The position numbers and the translations under genes are program-made. Shown here piece after piece: positions 24,576-32,000 of a DNA stretch of 32,000 bases (the first letter of the stretch is position 1; every line of letters starts with the position of its first letter). The stretch lies in the NCBI RefSeq assembly GCF_000025665.1, contig NC_013926.1, positions 990,001 to 1,022,000 on the forward strand, written 5' to 3'. The DNA is from Aciduliprofundum boonei T469 (lineage in GTDB: Archaea; Thermoplasmatota; Thermoplasmata; Thermoplasmatales; Aciduliprofundaceae). The notes under the pieces were generated by a model that made no database searches, was not told the origin of the DNA, and saw nothing but the letters and a program-made list of their open reading frames with translations.

Positions 24576-24730
24576 TTTATATTGATCTAGCATATAGTAA
24601 ATTAAACACTAAACTCATAAGAGGTTTATTTCTTGTATTTATTTACCCACTATATAAGATGAGAAGCTTCAAATAAAGTAACAAACTTAAAAATAAACAT
24701 TATTTCTCTCAATTAGAAATTAAAACATCA

Positions 24731-26431
24731 TCAAGCAATGAATTTATCTTCTTCTTCCGAAGCGTATATGCGTATGGGAACTTTCACCACTCCCAATCTC
24801 AACAGCCCAACGGAGTATCCCGCCTCTTTCGCATTATGCCTTATGGTTATGTATCTCTCCTCTTGGGGAACGAACTTGTAGAACTTTCTCACATCTTCGG
24901 ATATGTAATCGTGATAAAGGAGAAGGTGCATTTCGGTGTTTTCCATTATGGCCCTTGTGTATTTGTTCAAGAAGGCATCGTTTGCCGATTGCGTTAAGAG
25001 GGTTAATCCCGTTTGAAAGTGCCTTGTGTGCCTTGCCATCCAACTCAACATCTCCGCAGCTCTTTCGTGGCTCCAGAGATGATGAACCTCATCCACATAT
25101 ACCAATTTCTTCCTGTCCTCATACTTCTTCATCTTTATGTGTGCGTATATGTAGTCAATAATCATAGTCATGAAGAATGCGAGAAGATTATCTGGGACAT
25201 CTCCCAAGTCAAAATTAACTATGTCCTTCTCCATCTTGAAATTCGTTTTTCTATTGAGGAAAGCGAGAGAACCTTTCTTGAATATCTCCAGAACCATAGA
25301 TACTCTCTTTAACTTCTCCTCCTTGGCACAACGCTCTATCAAATCTTCCATTATCGGATGTTCGTTCTCCCTGTAAAGCTGGTTCAGGATTACATCCAAG
25401 AGAGCCATCTCCTCCCCGTTCATCTGGAAAAGAGTTTCTAACATCGCAATTACACTTCTCACCTTGTTTGCCACTTCCTCTCCTCTCAATTCCAGAGGGT
25501 TTATCACATGTTTTCCCTGCCAGAGATTTATGTTTATTCCTCCCAGAGCTTTGAATGTCCCAGCGTTCTCGCTCAAAGGGTCTATGGCGTAAATCATCAC
25601 ATCAGGATTGACATTGTAAGCCCTCAAAATCGTGAGTTTCTCAAAGTAAGATTTACCCGAACCTGTCTTACCGAAAATGAGCATGTTTTGTGAGGGTAAA
25701 TAAAATCGATCCACGAAAACGGGTGTGCTGTTTATGTCGTTTATCCCGTAGAGTATCATGTCCTCTCCTAACACTCCCGCAAACTCGGAAATGAAAGGAA
25801 ATGAGGCAGTTATGACATCGGTATGAACGAACCTTCCCTTGTAGTATGGGATGTTCCTGTCCATCATGGGTAGCGTGGATTTGAATATAGCCCAAACCCT
25901 GTAATAGCCCTTGATTAACTTGAAATTCATGGCTTGTAATGCACTTTCTATTTTCCCCAGAGTTTCCTCCGCTTCCTTGTAGGTTCTTCCCTTTACCGCG
26001 ATACTGAGGGTTAGAAAGTATGCGTGGGTTTTCCTTGCGGAGATTAAATCCTTTAACTTCGATAAGGAATCATACTCTAATTTGAGTTTAGAATACTTTG
26101 GCGATGTTTCTCCCGTTGTTAGTAATTCTGCCTTTATGTTCGTCAAATCCGTGTGTATGAGAGCAATTGCCTTCTCATCCTTCAACCTGTCCAGATGTAA
26201 GCTTATATCCACATTCATGTATGAGGAGAGCAAGTTCCTCAAATAGCCATATTCTAACATCGTGGGGTATTCTTTCGGGAGAAGTGGGAAGATGTATAAC
26301 CTCTTGATTTTCGCTTCTATGTGGTTCTTGTAAATCTCTATCTTTGGTTTTAGAACATTCTTTAAGTTGATTGGCTGCAATCTCAACCTCATCTTTTCCT
26401 TGTCAAAGATTATGTCCTTCTTAATTACCAT
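24731..26431 (-). CDS. VirB4/TrbE/CedB-like conjugation-type ATPase
   Basis: 566 aa. Walker A GKTGSGKS (nt 25649-25672). Walker B KLVYVDEVHHLW. LTLLTQSANDAF motif. The N-terminal domain resembles VirB4 N-domains. Confidence 0.75.
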   Translation of the reverse strand: MVIKKDIIFDKEKMRLRLQPINLKNVLKPKIEIYKNHIEAKIKRLYIFPLLPKEYPTMLEYGYLRNLLSSYMNVDISLHLDRLKDEKAIALIHTDLTNIKAELLTTGETSPKYSKLKLEYDSLSKLKDLISARKTHAYFLTLSIAVKGRTYKEAEETLGKIESALQAMNFKLIKGYYRVWAIFKSTLPMMDRNIPYYKGRFVHTDVITASFPFISEFAGVLGEDMILYGINDINSTPVFVDRFYLPSQNMLIFGKTGSGKSYFEKLTILRAYNVNPDVMIYAIDPLSENAGTFKALGGININLWQGKHVINPLELRGEEVANKVRSVIAMLETLFQMNGEEMALLDVILNQLYRENEHPIMEDLIERCAKEEKLKRVSMVLEIFKKGSLAFLNRKTNFKMEKDIVNFDLGDVPDNLLAFFMTMIIDYIYAHIKMKKYEDRKKLVYVDEVHHLWSHERAAEMLSWMARHTRHFQTGLTLLTQSANDAFLNKYTRAIMENTEMHLLLYHDYISEDVRKFYKFVPQEERYITIRHNAKEAGYSVGLLRLGVVKVPIRIYASEEEDKFIA

Positions 26432-26835
26432 TCCTCATCCCCCCTCGCTTTCTCTATCAGAGCGTCCTTGATTGCCCAATAACCCAGCATGTTTATGAAA
26501 AACGATGAAAGGTATGCTCCAAGAATGTATGCTTGAAAGCGTGGAGAGAGTGAAAAGAGAAGAAAGAACATCCCCGTGAGGAACGGGGCTATGTATCTGA
26601 ACTTACCCGTGATTTCCTCCCTGTAATTGAGGAAGGTTATCAAAACCCCTCCTATTGCGAGAAGGTAGAGAATAGATGAGGCGATTATGCTTGTCCAAGC
26701 GATGAAGAAGAATAAAACCGATGAGAATAGAGCAATCTTGTAAAACTCCTCTGGGCTAACTCTCCAATCTATATCAAACGGCAATCTCTTTACTTTCTTT
26801 TCTTCCTTCTTTTTCTTGCGGAATAGTCCCATCAC
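26425..26835 (-). CDS. Small polytopic membrane protein
   Basis: 136 aa with 3-4 hydrophobic helices and a basic N-terminus KKKKEEKKVKR. It overlaps both neighbouring genes. Confidence 0.65.
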   Translation of the reverse strand: MMGLFRKKKKEEKKVKRLPFDIDWRVSPEEFYKIALFSSVLFFFIAWTSIIASSILYLLAIGGVLITFLNYREEITGKFRYIAPFLTGMFFLLFSLSPRFQAYILGAYLSSFFINMLGYWAIKDALIEKARGDEEW

Positions 26836-27572
26836 ATCACCTCCTTGTAGATGTTGATTAGTTCCTGTCCTTTGAGAACCCTGTATCCTATGCCCATGTT
26901 GGTTAGCCCTACGGAGAGAATATCAATTCTCTCTCTTATCTTGTCCCACGCAATCTTTGCCCTTACTTCCTTCTTTCCCGTTATCTCGAAGGCATTTACT
27001 CCCACGACTATGAAGTATCTTTGAATGTATAGCCCCTCGCAAGCTTCTCGGATTAAGTCCTTGTAATCGTTTGCAGTTGGGGTATCATTGACAACCGTAT
27101 CTAAAAACGGCTGGTAATTCAACCTCTCGGTATGAACAACGAACTGCAACGGGAAATCACAGGAATTTAACATGCTTTCGTATTTGAGCAATAATCCTAT
27201 CCTATCCTCATCGCTCATGAATGCGTAGCTTATGCCATTCACTTCCAAAACGGAAAAGTAATACTTCCCGTTGAAAAGAACCTCTCCGAAATAGAGAGAT
27301 AATGGCAAAGATGGGATTTCGTTCTTCATTCGGAGTTTTAGGTATTGCCAGAATTCTAAACCATCGAATTTCTTAAACGCCATTATAGCCGATAAGGGCA
27401 GGAAGAAGATTAGGAGATACATCGCATGAACCAGCATGGATAAGCCACTGAACACTCCTAAATACATCACGAATTTTAGAATGTCCTCTATCTTTATCGT
27501 TCCAAACGCTATCTTCCTGCCGAGATTTTCCGGTACTGCTGCGTATTTCAAGTTCTCATCCTCCACCGCCAT
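26832..27572 (-). CDS. Membrane-hairpin protein with a VirB4-N-terminal-like soluble domain (possible VirB3-like role)
   Basis: 246 aa. TM hairpin FVMYLGVFSGLSMLVHAMYLLIFFLPLSAIMAF. This is followed by YYFSVLEVNGISYAFMSDEDRIGLLLKYESML, which resembles the first domain of VirB4-type ATPases. Confidence 0.4.
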   Translation of the reverse strand: MAVEDENLKYAAVPENLGRKIAFGTIKIEDILKFVMYLGVFSGLSMLVHAMYLLIFFLPLSAIMAFKKFDGLEFWQYLKLRMKNEIPSLPLSLYFGEVLFNGKYYFSVLEVNGISYAFMSDEDRIGLLLKYESMLNSCDFPLQFVVHTERLNYQPFLDTVVNDTPTANDYKDLIREACEGLYIQRYFIVVGVNAFEITGKKEVRAKIAWDKIRERIDILSVGLTNMGIGYRVLKGQELINIYKEVM

Positions 27573-28824
27573 TATTTCTCCTCCTTAAATAGTCATAAGC
27601 GTGGTACGCAGTCCTTCCTATCAGATAAGCACCTGTTCCTACCGCTCCCGCAGTTGCTCCTCCAAGAGTATTCCCGTGTGTCTGGTTGAAAGCTCTATGC
27701 CCAATAGCAAAGCCATGCGTTCCTGCTGCCGCATACTTTCCTGCTGCCTGTCCCAAACTTCCTTTGAGTGCCACAGCTCCAACCGCTCCACCGCCAGAAC
27801 CACCCGTTATCGTTGCTCTCTCCGCTCCCTTTATCGCTATCATGTTCATCAGTCCAGCCCCAACGGTTAGCCCTCTGGAGAGATGTTCTCCCGCTCTGCC
27901 AAATCCTATACCAGAGAGGATGAACGGCTCTTTTGCGAGGAGATAAATAGCTCCAACGGAGATTACCATACCAGCAATCACGAAGGTTATGTGATTTGCC
28001 ACAGGCCCCACAAGCATTAGGGGTATTATCATCACGAAGGGCAAGAACACCAAATCCACCGCCAAGAACCACAACCTCTCTCCTATGCTGGTAGTCCAAG
28101 GAGTGAGCAATAATACGGCAGCAATCGGTAAGAGAACGATAAGCACGGCAAAGAGAACATCCCTGACTACCACAACCATTAACAGCATTAGGGTAAAATC
28201 CACAGATAAGAAACTCCAGATGTATTTTAAGAGGAGTTGCTCAAGGGTTGAAACAAGAAATGCAGTTGTTGGTGGTTGTAATTGAGATTTGATGTAATTG
28301 TAGAATGTGGGTTCTTTCCACGCTCCCAAAGCCCCGATGTTTATGTTGTAAAGAACCATGTATGCGTATTTGCCCATCATGATTAGGTAATTCACCACAT
28401 AAATGCTCCCGTATGCAAGGATTAACGCTATGATTAATCTTGGGATTATGCTCTTTAACCTTCCAAAGAAACTCTCGAATAAATCGGCATAGAGATACAT
28501 TAGCCCCACAATCCAAAGCATGAACACTATGAGAGCATTTACAATCTTCTCCACGATTACCCCGTTCAAGTATATGGCTGCACTCATCATGCCGTGTATT
28601 CCCGTCGTGGATACATCCTTGTAGTTCGGGAGATTGAGAAGGTTTGGAAACAATTCCGAAGGTCTCATGAGATAAAGAAATCCTTTCCATGCCATGTCCG
28701 CAATCTGATAGTTGAGGAACATGGCAAAAAAAGTTAATGCAGCCGATACCGCAATCGCTATGCCCCACCAAACTGCTGAGTCCACACCGAAAAGCCCTTC
28801 CTCCTTTTCCCACACAATCCTCAT
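27556..28824 (-). CDS. VirB6/TrbL-like polytopic membrane protein with Gly/Ala-rich C-terminal tail
   Basis: 422 aa with at least 7 hydrophobic segments. The C-terminus reads GGSGGGAVGAVALKGSLGQAAGKYAAAGTHG...RRRNNGGGG. Confidence 0.5.
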   Translation of the reverse strand: MRIVWEKEEGLFGVDSAVWWGIAIAVSAALTFFAMFLNYQIADMAWKGFLYLMRPSELFPNLLNLPNYKDVSTTGIHGMMSAAIYLNGVIVEKIVNALIVFMLWIVGLMYLYADLFESFFGRLKSIIPRLIIALILAYGSIYVVNYLIMMGKYAYMVLYNINIGALGAWKEPTFYNYIKSQLQPPTTAFLVSTLEQLLLKYIWSFLSVDFTLMLLMVVVVRDVLFAVLIVLLPIAAVLLLTPWTTSIGERLWFLAVDLVFLPFVMIIPLMLVGPVANHITFVIAGMVISVGAIYLLAKEPFILSGIGFGRAGEHLSRGLTVGAGLMNMIAIKGAERATITGGSGGGAVGAVALKGSLGQAAGKYAAAGTHGFAIGHRAFNQTHGNTLGGATAGAVGTGAYLIGRTAYHAYDYLRRRNNGGGG

Positions 28825-30042
28825 TTAGCCACCTCCGAAGACCCAATTGACGAGTTCGAACATCGCTGGATAACCAAGCACGATTATTGCGAGGATGAGA
28901 GTTCCCACGCTCACCTTCCAGAGCATTTCCTTCGCTAACATCTTCCTCTCCTCGCTATCGCTAAACCATAGTATTCCCTCTCTAACCCAAGCCACCGCTA
29001 CCAAAAATCCCGTGAATGCAGCTATGCCCTGCCAAAATGGAGGGTATTGTTCGCTTGTGGAGTATGCTCCATAGTTGTAAGCGTATTTCTCATCCACATT
29101 CTCAAATATAACATAGGGAGAGTTGTTGAACGCTTCTCCCTTCCCGTTGTTCTCAAAGGCAATACCGATGTGCGAGTTCCTTATGTAGATGTAAGAGTTG
29201 TTATTTCCACGAAGAATGAAACTCACATTTCCTTCCACTATGCCTATTCCTCCATAAGTCCATTCACCATCCCCGTATGAATAATACTTGTTGTTGAGCA
29301 TCATATCATGATTGAAGAAGAACTCATCCACATTCTCCAGCCACAAATCTGGGGTATGGCTATCTATGATACACACGCTATTGTCATCGAAATTAACCAC
29401 TCCCACATCACGAATTACAATTCCCGGTTCTTCTACGAGGGAATTGCTGCTTATGTCCAGAGAATCACCCATGAAACTGACATCCGAACCCTTGCCCCCG
29501 TCCAATTGAATGGGTGTGCCTTCGGAGCTGTCATACACATAGTTGTAGAAATCTATGTCCGTAAATCCGTTTGCGTTGATTTGTGTATCGTAGAGCCATC
29601 CTATCTCTTGGTTGCCGTTTTCTGGATTAGTGAATTGTAATCCGAAAACTACATATTTGCAGTTCTGGACTATTATCGTGGATTTCTGAAATCCTGTAAA
29701 GCCGATTACATAGTTATACACATTCTTGACTGTTATAGTCATGGATTGCGTGGAGAGATGAAGCCATCCCGTTGCCGTCTTCTTGTACATGTAGATGTTG
29801 AAAAGCAAAAGAGGTTCTCCGTTTATGTATGTTATCTGGACAGGGTCATGGTGTATGTTCCCGTTGCTGTCCATGTAATTGCTCCAATCTGCCCAAGTGT
29901 CGTATGCGTCTTGGTCTCCGTCTATTTCCAGAGTGTTCTGGTTGATTATCGTGGTATCTGCCTTTGCGTTCTGCGTGGGTATGAGGAAGATTAAAAGAGA
30001 GGAAATGATTAAAATTCCCACAATGAGAGCTTTTGCCTTCAT
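28825..30042 (-). CDS. Secreted protein with C-terminal VirB2/TrbC-like two-helix membrane domain
   Basis: 405 aa. Signal peptide ending NAKA. An approximately 300-aa ectodomain with beta-helix-like repeats (NVSFILRGNNNSYIYIRNSHIGIAFENNG). C-terminal hairpin (nt 28828-29043) with the loop WFSDSEERKMLAKE. Confidence 0.6.
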   Translation of the reverse strand: MKAKALIVGILIISSLLIFLIPTQNAKADTTIINQNTLEIDGDQDAYDTWADWSNYMDSNGNIHHDPVQITYINGEPLLLFNIYMYKKTATGWLHLSTQSMTITVKNVYNYVIGFTGFQKSTIIVQNCKYVVFGLQFTNPENGNQEIGWLYDTQINANGFTDIDFYNYVYDSSEGTPIQLDGGKGSDVSFMGDSLDISSNSLVEEPGIVIRDVGVVNFDDNSVCIIDSHTPDLWLENVDEFFFNHDMMLNNKYYSYGDGEWTYGGIGIVEGNVSFILRGNNNSYIYIRNSHIGIAFENNGKGEAFNNSPYVIFENVDEKYAYNYGAYSTSEQYPPFWQGIAAFTGFLVAVAWVREGILWFSDSEERKMLAKEMLWKVSVGTLILAIIVLGYPAMFELVNWVFGGG

Positions 30043-30045
30043 TTT

Positions 30046-31008
30046 CTACCACGCCCCTACCAGCCATCCCGCTATAATCCACATAGCACCCAATACCGCT
30101 ATGGCAACGATTATCGTCCCCACGAATGCGTTTAGAGATTTCTCTTTCGCCTTCTTTTTCTTGTCTGGGTCGCTGGAAAAGTAATTCACCGCCACATTCA
30201 CCCAGAGTATAGATATGATTATTCCTCCCGTGATGGATAGGAGTTCCTGCATTCTCTCCACTTCATACTCCACATAAGTTTGATTTACCGCTCCCGTGTG
30301 CCCAAACCAGCCACCGAGTATGCCAAAGAAACCTCCTCCACCGTGCCACGATGAACCTCCTCCCCACCAACTTCCTCCTCCACCGCTCCAACTACCACCT
30401 CCGCCACTCCATCCACCTCCTCCCCACCATCCGCCAGAACCACCAGAACTGCTCTGCTTGTTGTAGGTGATGTTTAGATATACCCAATCTATGTAGAAAT
30501 GCCCACTTGCCCAACCGCTACTCCAACCAGCTTTTACCTCTACCCTCTTTCCTACATACTTCTTGACAAAGCTCGTTATGTTCATAGTTCCGATTTCCCA
30601 CTTGCCCCTTGTTGTAGGGAAATATTGCTTCGTTCCCGATATGTCTAAATAAATTCTCAGGCTTTGAGAGTAAAGAGAATTGTAATACTTCATGCTCAAA
30701 GTTGCGGATTTTATCAGGGTTGAGTTTATGTCTGGCAAGGTTAAGTATTGATAGATGTAGGCATAAGCATATTCTACACCCTCGCCATAGTGGCTATGCG
30801 TCCAAAAATACGCCTCTCCATTTTGGAAAACACATCCCACATAATACCCTTGATAATCATGATATCTTGCTACACTCCAATTCCCACCACCGCTATCAAA
30901 GCTCGGATTTTTTAGAAACTGCTCCGTCACGATTTTTGCATGTGCCCCTCCAACCACAAGCATTCCGATTAAGAGCAGGGAAATTAGCAGGGTTGTAATC
31001 CTTTTCAC
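30046..31008 (-). CDS. Secreted jelly-roll-like domain, Gly/Trp linker and VirB2/TrbC-like C-terminal domain
   Basis: 320 aa. Signal peptide ending GGAHA. The N-terminal FLKNPSFDSGGGNWSV resembles the start of CBM4_9/galactose-binding-like domains. G/W/S linker at residues 186-238. C-terminal hairpin with the loop YFSSDPDKKKKAKE. Confidence 0.6.
   Translation of the reverse strand: MKRITTLLISLLLIGMLVVGGAHAKIVTEQFLKNPSFDSGGGNWSVARYHDYQGYYVGCVFQNGEAYFWTHSHYGEGVEYAYAYIYQYLTLPDINSTLIKSATLSMKYYNSLYSQSLRIYLDISGTKQYFPTTRGKWEIGTMNITSFVKKYVGKRVEVKAGWSSGWASGHFYIDWVYLNITYNKQSSSGGSGGWWGGGGWSGGGGSWSGGGGSWWGGGSSWHGGGGFFGILGGWFGHTGAVNQTYVEYEVERMQELLSITGGIIISILWVNVAVNYFSSDPDKKKKAKEKSLNAFVGTIIVAIAVLGAMWIIAGWLVGAW
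30295..30453 (-). repeat. Low-complexity coding repeat (Gly/Trp/Ser linker)
   Basis: The plus strand shows reiterated CCACC/CCTCC units. These encode SSSGGSGGWWGGGGWSGGGGSWSGGGGSWWGGGSSWHGGGGFFGILGGWFGH. Confidence 0.8.
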
Positions 31009-32000
31009 AATATCACCCCCACTATGTCAAACGCTCCTACTGCCCATCCCGCAAGGAGCCATATAGTTCCCAGCACCGCCATGGCGATTATGAGCGTTGC
31101 GAGGAGAGCTTTTAGAGCGTTCTCTTTTGCCCGTGATTTCCTATCGGGGTCATCGGAGAAGAAATCCAGCGCCTCTTTCACCCAGAGAACACTTATCACA
31201 GCACCGCCAACTATGGCTAATGCCCTCTGGATGTTCCCCACCACATACTCCACATAGGTTGCGTTCCCAGAGGTATTACCTGCAAACCAAACTCCTCCAC
31301 TTCCATGCCAAAATCCTCCTCCTCCACTCCAACCGCTACCGCTTCCCCACCAGCCACCAGAGCCACCTCCACTCCAAGAGCCACCATTGCCCCACCAACC
31401 TCCGCTACCGCTTGATGATACCTTATAAGTTATCGTGAGAGAAACATTGTAAAGGGTTGTTTCCACATACTTAAGCTTAGAACCACTTACTATGTGCAAA
31501 CCTGCTAAAACATACAAGGATTTTCCAGCATATTGCTTTACAATATCCGTTAAATTTGCTGTGTATATCTTCTCATAAGCCATACCAAGTTGGCTTTCCC
31601 ATCCCTCATTTGAAACATTGTATCCATCCTTTACAGCCACCCAAACATATTCCTTTGTACTAGAATCTTCATCGGCTTCATAATCTAACGAAAAAGTTGC
31701 GTTTATTATATCTCCATTCGGGATGTTAATCTTTTGCCAAATATAGCCATACCCTTCACCTAAAGTTGTCTCATCATCACTTCTCGCTTGAACCACATCA
31801 TACCATCGTCCTTTGTTGGAGTAATGGTATAAAAGCCAATCTATGCGCGAATCTCCCGCATGTGTATAAGTCCAATAAGCGCTATTGTTCGAAGATGTGA
31901 AGGTATTATCTTGAACTAATTGCTCCGTTTTTATGGTCTCTGCACTCACTTTTCCAGAGGATAAGAGTATGGATGTCAAGATTAGTACCACGAAAGATAG
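31005..32000 (-). CDS. Paralogue of the preceding gene (jelly-roll-like domain, Gly/Trp linker, VirB2/TrbC-like domain); 5' end may lie beyond the window
   Basis: The track starts at GTG 31991, but the frame stays open to nt 32000 (LSF before VVLILTSILLSSGKVSA). G/W/S linker at residues 192-237. C-terminal hairpin with the loop FFSDDPDRKSRAKE. ATGA overlap with the downstream gene. Confidence 0.6.
   Translation of the reverse strand, partial: LSFVVLILTSILLSSGKVSAETIKTEQLVQDNTFTSSNNSAYWTYTHAGDSRIDWLLYHYSNKGRWYDVVQARSDDETTLGEGYGYIWQKINIPNGDIINATFSLDYEADEDSSTKEYVWVAVKDGYNVSNEGWESQLGMAYEKIYTANLTDIVKQYAGKSLYVLAGLHIVSGSKLKYVETTLYNVSLTITYKVSSSGSGGWWGNGGSWSGGGSGGWWGSGSGWSGGGGFWHGSGGVWFAGNTSGNATYVEYVVGNIQRALAIVGGAVISVLWVKEALDFFSDDPDRKSRAKENALKALLATLIIAMAVLGTIWLLAGWAVGAFDIVGVIL
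31281..31418 (-). repeat. Low-complexity coding repeat (Gly/Trp/Ser linker)
   Basis: Encodes SSSGSGGWWGNGGSWSGGGSGGWWGSGSGWSGGGGFWHGSGGVWF. Confidence 0.8.

Larger units (their letters stand above)
15721..32000. mobile_element. Integrated plasmid / ICE-like element (partial; borders not identified)
   Basis: A tyrosine recombinase, iteron-like repeats, regulators, a restriction-modification cassette and a VirB4/VirB6/VirB2-like secretion operon lie together. No att repeats or tRNA target were found in the window, and the element continues past nt 32000. Confidence 0.5.

Noticed and set aside
27601-28846. Alternative-frame ORFs within the VirB6-like gene (27601..27870+, 27686..27946+, 27695..28099-, 28085..28285+, 28241..28846-)
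   Set aside because: They are Arg/Cys/Ser/His-rich with no start context. They arise because this Gly/Ala-rich, higher-GC stretch is poor in stop codons in several frames. The 422-aa membrane protein frame is coupled to both neighbouring genes.
30295-31418. Nucleotide repeats (CCACC/CCTCC units) as a CRISPR array or tandem satellite
   Set aside because: There are no spacer-repeat units of constant length. The repeats lie inside long ORFs and simply encode Gly/Trp/Ser runs.

Overview
The window looks archaeal: it is A/T-rich, its proteins are rich in Lys, Glu and Ile, TATA-like boxes sit about 25 nt upstream of several start codons, and GGAGG/GGTGA-type Shine-Dalgarno (SD) sites occur at internal operon junctions. 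It also carries a DUF104 antitoxin and Csa3-like regulators. It is almost entirely accessory DNA; I found no rRNA, tRNA, CRISPR array or IS transposase. Left part (1-4500): a DUF4143-type AAA ATPase, a RelE/DUF104 toxin-antitoxin pair, an RNase J-like beta-CASP metallo-beta-lactamase nuclease and a decayed AAA+ gene remnant. Middle part (4510-15183): an Mre11/Rad50-like nuclease-ATPase pair whose coiled coil carries a transmembrane hairpin where a zinc hook would be. Next to it are two adjacent CARF+wHTH (Csa3-like) regulators. Divergent from these is a tightly coupled five-gene operon: two paralogous proteins with a Cas4-like Cys arrangement, a MoxR-type AAA+ ATPase, an HExxH-peptidase/vWA protein and an orphan protein. 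I rate this operon, with the CARF hub beside it, as the best candidate for an undescribed conflict system. Right part (15721-32000): an integrated plasmid- or ICE-like element. It has a short tyrosine recombinase, an iteron/palindrome-rich intergenic region and an HTH-CBS regulator. It also contains a strikingly low-GC restriction-modification cassette (wHTH, putative HNH-type endonuclease, 852-aa SPPY/DPFxGSGTT methyltransferase fusion). The element ends in a seven-gene type IV secretion / Ced-Ted-like module with a VirB4-like ATPase and a VirB6-like membrane protein. Three secreted proteins in that module share a VirB2/TrbC-like C-terminal two-helix domain, two of them via unusual Gly/Trp-rich linkers. 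All functional calls rest on motif recognition by eye; no database search was possible.
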